The position numbers and the translations under genes are program-made. Shown here one piece after another: positions 9,202 through 17,101 of a stretch of 41,697 bases of DNA. Below the pieces are notes generated by a model that was not told the origin of the DNA, made no database searches, and saw only the letters and a program-made list of their open reading frames with translations. The DNA is from a virus (lineage: Duplodnaviria; Caudoviricetes). Positions within the stretch are counted from its first letter, which is position 1. Each line of letters opens with the position of its first letter. The stretch is taken from positions 1 through 41,697 of IMG/VR virus record IMGVR_UViG_3300020171_000733. The stretch is one strand, 5' to 3'.

Positions 9202-9657
9202 TTATTTTACCTCCTTTATTTCTATTTTTTCAGTCTTTACTTCAATCTTTTCCTTTAAAGGCAAAGAACCCATCAAATTGTAGATTTCATTGGCTATCTT
9301 GCTAAGTTTTTCCAATTGTTTTTCAGCCTCTTGGATATCTTTGCTCTTTTCTATTAAAGCTACTACAAGATCTTTGGCATAACTAGCCGCATAACTTTTA
9401 TCCCTCGAATCGGAAGTTTCCTTAACGTATGGCGGAAGGCTGTTTTCCTTTTTCTTTAGAATCTCCACCTTCTCATAATTTCTCCACTGCCCGTTCAGTA
9501 CATATGTCACTTTTACCTCATCCCCGATTCCCACTTCCAGTTCCTTTCCAAACTTGTTGGCATACCACTGCTCATCGGTCAGTTGCATCCCTTTCCTGTC
9601 TTTTCTCAGAGACTTCACAACGCCTATCGCAGTCATCTTTTGTTTTTCATTTTCCAT
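9202..9657 (-). CDS. Putative OB-fold ssDNA-binding protein
   Basis: Beta-rich N-term (GVVKS..IGDEVKVTY..GQWRN), helical C-term; own TATA promoter; fold inferred by eye. Confidence 0.45.
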   Translation of the reverse strand: MENEKQKMTAIGVVKSLRKDRKGMQLTDEQWYANKFGKELEVGIGDEVKVTYVLNGQWRNYEKVEILKKKENSLPPYVKETSDSRDKSYAASYAKDLVVALIEKSKDIQEAEKQLEKLSKIANEIYNLMGSLPLKEKIEVKTEKIEIKEVK

Positions 9658-9732
9658 TGTTTTTAAGAGTCTTTTTGTAAAGTTGCTCCCCATCAAGGTT
9701 TTATTCTTGATATAGTTAAATAAACAAATAAG

Positions 9733-9746
9733 TATTTAAATGTTGT
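9733..9746 (-). promoter_or_regulatory. Archaeal-type BRE-TATA promoter
   Basis: AACATTTAAATA on minus strand. Confidence 0.6.
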
Positions 9747-9771
9747 TTTTTCTGTTGATTTATTTTTGTCA

Positions 9772-9942
9772 TTATCCAGTGACTTGTTTATTATAATCCT
9801 TTAATTTTTTATATTTCTCAATCTGTTCCGGAAGTTGATTATAATTTCCTTTCTTCCAACCCTCAATAATGATCTCTTTCAGTACTTGCTCAAGTATTGA
9901 AATTGAAGCGTGGCCAACTCTTTTGTCCATTTCATATTTCAT
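9772..9942 (-). CDS. Hypothetical protein (56 aa)
   Basis: Translated by hand; ATGA coupling. Confidence 0.5.
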   Translation of the reverse strand: MKYEMDKRVGHASISILEQVLKEIIIEGWKKGNYNQLPEQIEKYKKLKDYNKQVTG

Positions 9943-10109
9943 TTCTTCTCCTTTTGGTGTGATTTTAATTCTAACTCAATCCTTTCTAAAGTGTTTGCTA
10001 TCCTATTTAATTGAAATAATATATCCTGGTCTGTAGATTGAGGGTAATAAATGAAAGGATTTACAGTATTGTTTGGTGGAATAAATCCGACTGTCGGTTG
10101 TTGTGTCAT
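9939..10109 (-). CDS. Hypothetical protein (56 aa, MTQQPTVG...)
   Basis: Translated by hand; GGTGA SD; ATGA coupling at both ends. Confidence 0.55.
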   Translation of the reverse strand: MTQQPTVGFIPPNNTVNPFIYYPQSTDQDILFQLNRIANTLERIELELKSHQKEKK

Positions 10110-10426
10110 TTCTCACCGTCCTTTGGTTGGCATGATGGACATAACCAAACTTTGTATTCTTCTGAAAATGGATGATAGTAAGACATCCCACATAGTAAGT
10201 TTGGATTTCTTTCATTTCTCTTGCCACAGCCTTGCTTTTCTACAAACATTAGTTTATCGGTATGTTCAGAGGTTGTATGGGAACCCTCACAAATGCCACA
10301 GCCCTTCTTTTGGCATGATTTATTTATCCATGTATTCCACATATCTTCTAAAACTTTAATTCTATTTTCAAGTGTGATAATCTTATTCTTAAGTATATCC
10401 ATTTCATTTAAACAACAAAGGTTCAT
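10106..10426 (-). CDS. Zn-ribbon protein (GCG..CG..LCPSC)
   Basis: Shares its C-terminal module with 10423..11202. Confidence 0.7.
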   Translation of the reverse strand: MNLCCLNEMDILKNKIITLENRIKVLEDMWNTWINKSCQKKGCGICEGSHTTSEHTDKLMFVEKQGCGKRNERNPNLLCGMSYYHPFSEEYKVWLCPSCQPKDGEK

Positions 10427-10446
10427 TTCTCACCGTCCTTTGGTTG
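10106..10446. repeat. 24-bp direct repeat at 10106-10129 and 10423-10446 (gene 3' ends, QPKDGEK*)
   Basis: tcatttctcaccgtcctttggttg occurs twice. Confidence 0.95.
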
Positions 10447-11202
10447 ATTGTTTAGATTGTTTACTTTACCATTGAACAATTCTTTGGGTTTGCATGATGG
10501 ACAAAGTTCTGTTATTCCGCATTCAAACCAAACTCCCGGATATTTCTCAAACATTATGCCACAGCCCTGTACTGAATTTTTTGGTACCGAATCATCCTTT
10601 AATTTGAATTGTCTATAAACATTCTGGTCATTATAAACAATACACTCATCTTCTTTAAGAGAATTATCAATTTCTATTCTCATTCCAAATAATGTCTCAG
10701 TGTTCCATTCAACAGGAGTGGGAATTTTTATTCTTAACTTGTGAAGAGTTATTTGATTAAATTTTATTGTATTCGGTTCTCCATAATTGTCTTTTATATA
10801 TCCCCTAATGCCTTCTGTAATAGTTTCAAAATAGCCATTTCTCCCCACCGAGGCAGGATTATCAGGAGCCAAAGCAGAGGATTTACACCCACTTAAGGTC
10901 GCAACTTCCAGTAATTTAGAGTTATCACACCCTATTTCTTGGTTTAACGACTCCGATTCATCAGCTACTTGTGATATTTCGCTTGTGTCCTTATTAGACG
11001 ACTTCGGCAGTTGATTATTATTTTCTTGGGGGGTTAGAAAGGGGTTCTCCCCTTTCATGAGCATGGCCTTCAGCTCTGAAACAATTATCACTTTATGACA
11101 AGCCCATTGGTGGCTTTCACATCTTTCAATCTTCTTTAAAACATCTTTGATTGCTTGGTTATATGCTTTCTCTGCCTCTTCTCCACAGTTTTCACAACTC
11201 AT
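10423..11202 (-). CDS. Mosaic protein with C-terminal GCG..LCPSC Zn ribbon
   Basis: ORF track. Confidence 0.7.
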   Translation of the reverse strand: MSCENCGEEAEKAYNQAIKDVLKKIERCESHQWACHKVIIVSELKAMLMKGENPFLTPQENNNQLPKSSNKDTSEISQVADESESLNQEIGCDNSKLLEVATLSGCKSSALAPDNPASVGRNGYFETITEGIRGYIKDNYGEPNTIKFNQITLHKLRIKIPTPVEWNTETLFGMRIEIDNSLKEDECIVYNDQNVYRQFKLKDDSVPKNSVQGCGIMFEKYPGVWFECGITELCPSCKPKELFNGKVNNLNNQPKDGEK

Positions 11203-11654
11203 TGTTTATTCTCCCTAAGTGTTTTCTTTTTAGCACAATACTCTTTCATATGCATACTGATATGGTCTTTTGGAAGCATCGCTTTCAAATTAGAAGGTTC
11301 ATCATTTATAGGATTTCCATCAATATGATGGATAACATATCCTTTTGGAATTTTCCCATTATGTTTCTCCCAGATATATCTTGCATAGAGCATCCATTTC
11401 GCTGGAGTTTCCTGTATCTTAATCCAATTTCTCATTCCTTGTCCTTTCTTATTTATTATTTTTATTGTTCCAACTGGATGAGTATATCTTCCATTAGAAA
11501 ATCCATTAGTGTAATGTTTATGCATTTCTTCTTTTGACATTCCCTTATTCCATCCTTTATGTCCTTGAAGAGCAATGCTTAGTTGAGGACATTTCTTATT
11601 CTTATTCCAAGGAGTTCTTCCTTTGTTTACTTGATTTCCTTTTTCAAATTTCAT
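11199..11654 (-). CDS. NUMOD3-like + HNH endonuclease
   Basis: PWNK/GWNKG repeats; IHHIDGNPINDEPSNL. Confidence 0.88.
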   Translation of the reverse strand: MKFEKGNQVNKGRTPWNKNKKCPQLSIALQGHKGWNKGMSKEEMHKHYTNGFSNGRYTHPVGTIKIINKKGQGMRNWIKIQETPAKWMLYARYIWEKHNGKIPKGYVIHHIDGNPINDEPSNLKAMLPKDHISMHMKEYCAKKKTLRENKQ

Positions 11655-11847
11655 TTAATTTCTCCATTAGTTCTTTCTTTTCAATTAAAACTAATACTCC
11701 TGCTGTATGTATTTTGCATTTATCAATGAGGTCTTTTGTTGATTGAAGCATTGAGGCACGTCCTCTTTTAAAACCATATTCAGTGCATAATACTTCTTCA
11801 GCAGTGCACATTCTATCTTTTTGTTTTGGTGTTTTCATTATTTCCAC
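11644..11847 (-). CDS. Hypothetical protein
   Basis: ORF track. Confidence 0.55.
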   Translation of the reverse strand: MEIMKTPKQKDRMCTAEEVLCTEYGFKRGRASMLQSTKDLIDKCKIHTAGVLVLIEKKELMEKLNEI

Positions 11848-12077
11848 CTTTTATTCAAGGCACATTTTGTATTCAGACAATTTTCATTCCTGCATCCATC
11901 ATATTTGTTTCTCATGCAGTGTTCCAAACATCTTCTGGCTGTAAGCATATCCTTCTTGATATTTACATCAGTCCATGCTTTCTCTATAACTAATGCTGTT
12001 TTCAATTTTGTGTTTTCTTCTTTTAGTTTTTCGGCTATTATTTCTTTTGCCTTCTTTCTCCAAGAATATTTTGTCAT
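11838..12077 (-). CDS. Hypothetical Cys-rich protein
   Basis: CxxC..C..C..C near C-term. Confidence 0.6.
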   Translation of the reverse strand: MTKYSWRKKAKEIIAEKLKEENTKLKTALVIEKAWTDVNIKKDMLTARRCLEHCMRNKYDGCRNENCLNTKCALNKRWK

Positions 12078-12229
12078 TTCTTCACACACAGATAATAAGA
12101 TTTTAATTTGGTTAATTTATTATTTGTATATCTCATGAATGAGGGGCCCAGATAAGGGCAAGTTTTTACTTTATTTACCTTATTGCATTCTGATCCATAA
12201 TCCTTACATTTGAATTCTAATTTTTCCAT
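12074..12229 (-). CDS. Small 4-Cys protein (51 aa; CPYLG..YYLC)
   Basis: Translated by hand; ATG 22 nt after TATA at 12251; motif shared with 41216..41410. Confidence 0.65.
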   Translation of the reverse strand: MEKLEFKCKDYGSECNKVNKVKTCPYLGPSFMRYTNNKLTKLKSYYLCVKK

Positions 12230-12260
12230 ATTATTCCTTGTTTAATTAAGTATTTAAATA

Positions 12261-12476
12261 TTACCAATCAGCCACCATGTCATTGCAATTAACCGAATTA
12301 ATAGACTTGGACAAATCATATCGATATACTGTATTGCAAAATGGACATCTGGCCCATTTAATCCCATATCTTTTATCTTCTTTTATTTCAAATAATTTTT
12401 TGCAGTGATTGCAGTCAAAATGTATGGTTTTCCCCATATGATTTTCTGACTTTTGAATTACAATATCCACATCCAT
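12261..12476 (-). CDS. Zn-ribbon protein
   Basis: CNHC..CPFC. Confidence 0.7.
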   Translation of the reverse strand: MDVDIVIQKSENHMGKTIHFDCNHCKKLFEIKEDKRYGIKWARCPFCNTVYRYDLSKSINSVNCNDMVADW

Positions 12477-12578
12477 TCTTTTTTTCTCGACCTTTCTTTC
12501 CTTTTGGACAGACTAAATCTCCTTTATTCTCTCCCCATCTGATCACTTTCAATTTCTTTCCACAATTGGGGCAATGCT

Positions 12579-12896
12579 TCACTTTAATCCTGCCTTCTTC
12601 AGATCATTTTCAATCTCTTCCTTTATTTCTTTGGTAATGTTTTTCTTCTTATAGATATCCCCAGATTCATCAATTGCAAATGCATCATCATTGTCTAATT
12701 TGATCTTTCCAGCACTTGCTAAATCATTCATATATTCATCAAATTTGTTATTGGAAATGCCTAATTCTATTGCAGCAAGACCCCTTAATTTCTTTATTGA
12801 TACAGTCTTGTCCTGTATGGTCGTTTCCATGATTCTTTTATAGATCCAATTGAGATTCTGTTTCTTAATCTCTGAGGACCACATTGTCATTGTCAT
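12579..12896 (-). CDS. Winged-helix DNA-binding protein (candidate origin-binding protein)
   Basis: ELGISNNKFDEYMNDLASAGKIKL wHTH pattern; GGAGGT SD; adjacent to iteron region. Confidence 0.6.
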   Translation of the reverse strand: MTMTMWSSEIKKQNLNWIYKRIMETTIQDKTVSIKKLRGLAAIELGISNNKFDEYMNDLASAGKIKLDNDDAFAIDESGDIYKKKNITKEIKEEIENDLKKAGLK

Positions 12897-12929
12897 TTTT
12901 TATAACCTCCCAAATATCCTATGATTTTG

Positions 12930-13150
12930 ATGTTTATAAATATTTCTATACACAACCCATCACACACACCATTTACACCTCAAACGATGTAAAGACCCCC
13001 CCTTCTTCTTCTTCTATTCTAAATTCATAAAACTCCGTAAAAAGCTGTCCCATAAAAGCTGGATTCGCCCAAACAAAAAAGAAAAGGATTTAATTTCTTA
13101 TTTTTTCTTCCTTCTTTTTTCCAAGCATTATGCATATGGTGTGTGTATAA
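12930..13150. other. Putative replication origin with iterons
   Basis: Largest non-coding gap; three related 12-14-bp motifs, homopolymer and purine tracts. Confidence 0.45.
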
Positions 13151-13219
13151 CTAAAGAATTTATCCATCGGCCTTTCGGCCGAGGATTGATTAATCAACTT
13201 TAGCGCAGGTCGCCACCCT
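13150..13219 (-). ncRNA. Putative structured ncRNA (three-way junction with GAAA tetraloop)
   Basis: TATA at 13241 with no ORF downstream; TCGGCC-GAAA-GGCCGA hairpin. Confidence 0.45.
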
Positions 13220-13282
13220 AATTATTCTAGTATTATTAAATATTTAAATGTTTCTGTTATCACTATTTAGTATCATTTATAC

Positions 13283-13504
13283 TTATATGTAATTAACCAC
13301 TAAAAACACTGATACAGAAAGTGCCATACTGGCCAATGCCAATGCCCAATATGCTCTTGCTTTATTATTTGAATGATCGGCATATATTTTCTTATGATCT
13401 TCCATATTCTCGATCTTAAGATCATTGACAGATTTGACCAATCCCTCTATAATTTCATAGATATCATTATTAGTGATTTTTTTGAATGTCTTTCCGTTTA
13501 CCAT
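13283..13504 (-). CDS. Holin/XhlA-like small membrane protein
   Basis: Coiled coil plus single C-terminal TM; last gene of late operon. Confidence 0.5.
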   Translation of the reverse strand: MVNGKTFKKITNNDIYEIIEGLVKSVNDLKIENMEDHKKIYADHSNNKARAYWALALASMALSVSVFLVVNYI

Positions 13505-14040
13505 TTTATATATTTCGATTTTGAAATATCAGTTGGGGTTATAAGATCAAAGCTTTTTTTGAATTCACTCAGTTCCTTGTCTTTTTTCTTGTTAAAACCA
13601 AGCATTATCTTTTTGTCAGAACAATCGTACAATAGCCTGCAAACCGCCTCAGAGCATATTAAAGCGCGACTTCCAGTAAATCCTATGGATTTGTTCCTGA
13701 ATATCAAGATCAGCCCTATATTGATCAAATCAAGAAACCCATATGGTCTGCCTTCGTATTTTTTGGCTGTTTCTTCAACATTCTTTAAAGGAATTTTAGA
13801 TTCTCCTATTACCACTTGTCCACAGTTAATGCAATTAGTCAACCAAGGTTCATACACATCCACAATTTCAAATCCCTTAGACATCGCCTGGGCCATTCTT
13901 AGAGGTTTGACATTTGTTATAATGGCAGTATGAGTAAACCCATCAATTCCGTAAACTTTCATGTTGTACCATCGAATAGTTTTCCCAAAGAAGTCTTCAT
14001 AGTACTTGAAATTTAGGATCTGTCCGGTTTTAAATTCCAT
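13498..14040 (-). CDS. Permuted papain-like amidase (YiiX/YebB, NlpC/P60 superfamily)
   Basis: FTHTAII..YEGRPY..LICSEAV: His before Cys, permuted order. Confidence 0.85.
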   Translation of the reverse strand: MEFKTGQILNFKYYEDFFGKTIRWYNMKVYGIDGFTHTAIITNVKPLRMAQAMSKGFEIVDVYEPWLTNCINCGQVVIGESKIPLKNVEETAKKYEGRPYGFLDLINIGLILIFRNKSIGFTGSRALICSEAVCRLLYDCSDKKIMLGFNKKKDKELSEFKKSFDLITPTDISKSKYIKW

Positions 14041-14041
14041 T

Positions 14042-14542
14042 TTATGCCCACTCCAATATTGTAATGCCACTTGTAAATGTTGCACCATTAATTACATAAG
14101 GTACAACCTGAATTATTAAACCACTTACTTGTTGTCCAGATGTTAAAGTATGTAAATATTCATAATTTATATTTGCAGCTGAATTCCATCCAGTATTACC
14201 ACCAAGACTAGCTGCCGTATAGTTCCAACCAAATATAGTATCATCAAATACAGTTGAATAACTGCTTCCTGCTTGTGCCACTTCTATCTTTAGATTAACA
14301 GGACTATTTGATGTACCTGATAAGACACCATTTACATTTGCTTTTCCTATTAATTTAATTTTGGCATAATTTGTAAGTACACTAGGCGTTATTGAACCCA
14401 ATGTATTTATTGCGGAACCAGAAGAAGTAATAACATTAAGACCAGAAGTATTAATAATTGCTATTTTACTGAAAAAATGATTCACTTCCTTTGAGTACAA
14501 TACATCTCCATCTACTTTAGGAAATACTCCACTCCCTGTCAT
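14042..14542 (-). CDS. Tail fiber/tip-associated protein
   Basis: N-term FPKVDGDVLYSKEVN anchor-like motif; beta-rich; position. Confidence 0.55.
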   Translation of the reverse strand: MTGSGVFPKVDGDVLYSKEVNHFFSKIAIINTSGLNVITSSGSAINTLGSITPSVLTNYAKIKLIGKANVNGVLSGTSNSPVNLKIEVAQAGSSYSTVFDDTIFGWNYTAASLGGNTGWNSAANINYEYLHTLTSGQQVSGLIIQVVPYVINGATFTSGITILEWA

Positions 14543-14567
14543 TTTAATTCTCCTATTATGTTAAATA

Positions 14568-15062
14568 TCATGGCATCACCTTAAGAGTGGTCTGTTTATT
14601 AGTGAACGATGACGAACCATTCTCTGCAATAATATTTGAAGTGCTGGTCAATTTAATTTGAAAACCATTAGCTTTCATTCCTGCTGTCAATAATGCTACT
14701 CCTTTGAATATTGAACAATTGGCTCCAGAAACAGTTGAAGCACCACCAGTACTAACTGAAATATGGCTTCCAGTAACTAATGTTCCATATTCTCCACCTG
14801 TTTCTTTTATTTCTATTAATAATGTAACCGAACCACCACCTTGACTTCCTCCTCCACTTCCACCAGAAGAAGTACCTAATATTTCTACTTCAACATAATT
14901 TGCATTTGTCAAATCAGTAGATGGAATTGCAGTCATTTCATAACTTGCTGTAGCAGTTCCTCCTGAAGTTGTATCAAATGCAGTACTAGTATATAATTGA
15001 CTTATCTTGATTACATTCAATACTTCATCTGCATCAGCAACTTGTCCATTAGATATAGTCAT
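14568..15062 (-). CDS. Tail fiber/tip-associated protein
   Basis: N-term NGQVADADEVLN; beta-rich; own late promoter. Confidence 0.55.
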   Translation of the reverse strand: MTISNGQVADADEVLNVIKISQLYTSTAFDTTSGGTATASYEMTAIPSTDLTNANYVEVEILGTSSGGSGGGSQGGGSVTLLIEIKETGGEYGTLVTGSHISVSTGGASTVSGANCSIFKGVALLTAGMKANGFQIKLTSTSNIIAENGSSSFTNKQTTLKVMP

Positions 15063-15083
15063 TTTCTTTTATATTTTTTTAAT

Positions 15084-15115
15084 TATTTAAATTTTCAATT
15101 ATCTGTATATACTAC
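15084..15115 (-). promoter_or_regulatory. Late promoter motif AGTATATACAG-N11-TTTAAATA
   Basis: 32 bp identical to 26931-26962; TATA 22 nt from ATG. Confidence 0.8.
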
Positions 15116-15483
15116 CCAGTTTCCCATGTTTCTTCAATACGCAATTCAGTATTGCCTTGGAAATTTACATTCGGAAGTGAACTTCTCGACCATAAAGACC
15201 CAGTCAATGCAGTTCCAGATTTGAATATTCCAAATTCACTCAAATTAAGTCCACTCATCTCGACTGAATTCCAATCTGTAGTGAATTTTATCTTCTGAGC
15301 AGATGGATAACTTGTCTCAGTGAATGCATGTCGACTTTCTTCATTATATAATTTAACATCAGTTACTATGGCTGTTCCTGATCCACTTCCTATTCCACAA
15401 TAAAGAGGAATCTGTGAACCCCCGGTAATACTCCCTCCTATTAGATATATAATATCTTGCCTACCATATGATGTAAAAACCAT
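15112..15483 (-). CDS. Tail collar/fiber-attachment protein
   Basis: MVFTSYGR..GIGSGSG..LSEFGIF pattern typical of tail-collar domains. Confidence 0.6.
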   Translation of the reverse strand: MVFTSYGRQDIIYLIGGSITGGSQIPLYCGIGSGSGTAIVTDVKLYNEESRHAFTETSYPSAQKIKFTTDWNSVEMSGLNLSEFGIFKSGTALTGSLWSRSSLPNVNFQGNTELRIEETWETG

Positions 15484-15517
15484 GATTATCTAATCCCTCC
15501 AAAATTAATAAACTTTA

Positions 15518-17101
15518 TCATGTTAAATAACATCCACTCCAGATGGTTGTCCAATTTGAAGATTGTGTGCCTAATAAACTTGTGCCTAAAATTGCAGCTA
15601 AAGAGTTTCCTAATACAAAACTTAAATTTGCAGTATCTCCCCATTTGGCAGTTCCCCATATTCCAAATGGAGTAGAACCCCAAATCATTGTATCTCCTGC
15701 AATATTCTTTTCATAAACTGTACATCCAGATTGTCTTATCGCAAAAGATCCTGTTGTAGCATGATATCTTGTGATTACATCAGAATCGCTTATGTCTGTT
15801 CCTTGAATCTTCTTCAATTCTAATAAAATATCTTTAATCGTGTCAGTCACATCCTTCAATTTCTTATTCACTGTTAATGTCAGCACTTTTTCTGAATAAT
15901 TATTCTCTGTATTAAAATCATAATTTGCTTCTAATATGTCAAAAGAACTTCCAGAGATATTATGATTAGGTAAATAAATTCCAATAGTATTTCCAGGGGT
16001 TAGATTAGTAATATTTTTCAACTTCAATGTTCCTTGTATCTTTGGATCCTTGCTTCTTTCCAATTCGCTTAACATCAGTTCTTCGGCCATGTGGGGGTCT
16101 TTAATATCTTTATTGACAATCAATTTGACTCTTTTTCCGTAATTCTGGATTGAGTTATCATCTTGGGTATATTTTACAATTGGCAACTCTCGGTCATAAG
16201 TGATTACTCCCGAACCAGCAGATGGAATATTATCTCCCCAAGTGTCTCCAGAAGTGAATATGATCTGTTTATTATCAAAATCTACCAAATAACCAACTCC
16301 GCTTAATTGACCAATTGTCATATTTAAGATTCCCCCTTTATATGGGGCTCCATTCCATTCTACTAAAGTATTATGTGGTTTATTCAATAAAGTCGCTATA
16401 CTCCCTGTCAAAGACCCAGGATTGAACTCTTCTTTGTATCCTCCCAGATACCTATCTCCATAGACCCAAATTGAATTATATATTGTCTCTCTTCTTTCTT
16501 CAAAATTTGCTGAAACTACGTTAGAAGATCCCAAACGATACCCTGAATCAGTTGCTCCTTTTTGCTCAAAATGAAGGTATTTATCATTGTCTACATAGAA
16601 TATAGAATTCGATAAATTGGCCAATTGCTTGACTGCATCATAAGCATTCATCTGATTAAACACCATTTTAGTGACTGTATAATTTGAATCAATCACGCTT
16701 CCAGCAACTGCTAGGACATCACTTACATACTTTGTGACTATATCTCTGACTATTGAACCTGCAGGTAAATTAGAATAAACTTCTGGCTCGACTGTCACAT
16801 CCATCAATCTGGCAGAATAGTCCCTTCCAGCTAGACTTATTTTTTCTTCTACTCCTTCTCCGTCAAATTTGATTTCTTCTAGAACTCCTTTGAATATTGT
16901 AGATGCAGATGCTGGAGAACCCGCTTGTATCTCAACTTCATTGCCTATTGTGAAATCTGACTTATGCAAACCAGCAGTATTCCAGAAATCCGTATTGAAA
17001 TTGCTTACTGCATTCTGTTCAGAGATAGTCTTGACTATCCCTATATTGACTGCATCTTTATATTCCACCCCGCTTATGTAAAAGTTTGTTTCAATTGACA
17101 T
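15518..17101 (-). CDS. Baseplate hub/tail-tip protein
   Basis: Follows TMP; IFKG..LAGRDY..FYVDNDKYLHF..NSIWVYG..SIQNYG. Confidence 0.75.
   Translation of the reverse strand: MSIETNFYISGVEYKDAVNIGIVKTISEQNAVSNFNTDFWNTAGLHKSDFTIGNEVEIQAGSPASASTIFKGVLEEIKFDGEGVEEKISLAGRDYSARLMDVTVEPEVYSNLPAGSIVRDIVTKYVSDVLAVAGSVIDSNYTVTKMVFNQMNAYDAVKQLANLSNSIFYVDNDKYLHFEQKGATDSGYRLGSSNVVSANFEERRETIYNSIWVYGDRYLGGYKEEFNPGSLTGSIATLLNKPHNTLVEWNGAPYKGGILNMTIGQLSGVGYLVDFDNKQIIFTSGDTWGDNIPSAGSGVITYDRELPIVKYTQDDNSIQNYGKRVKLIVNKDIKDPHMAEELMLSELERSKDPKIQGTLKLKNITNLTPGNTIGIYLPNHNISGSSFDILEANYDFNTENNYSEKVLTLTVNKKLKDVTDTIKDILLELKKIQGTDISDSDVITRYHATTGSFAIRQSGCTVYEKNIAGDTMIWGSTPFGIWGTAKWGDTANLSFVLGNSLAAILGTSLLGTQSSNWTTIWSGCYLT

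Noticed and set aside
10089-10109. Similarity of the MTQQPT start to the tRNA leader MTTQQP
   Set aside because: Too short to be significant. It does caution that AC-rich gene starts inflate Thr/Gln content, which slightly weakens the leader's chance estimate.
10003-10227. Minus-strand track ORFs 10003..10227, 8437..8646 and 15486..15683
   Set aside because: They are alternative frames overlapping better-supported, translationally coupled genes.
13162-13186. Hammerhead ribozyme (GGCCGAAAGGCCGA resembles the classic stem II)
   Set aside because: The flanking CUGANGA and GAAA core nucleotides are absent.
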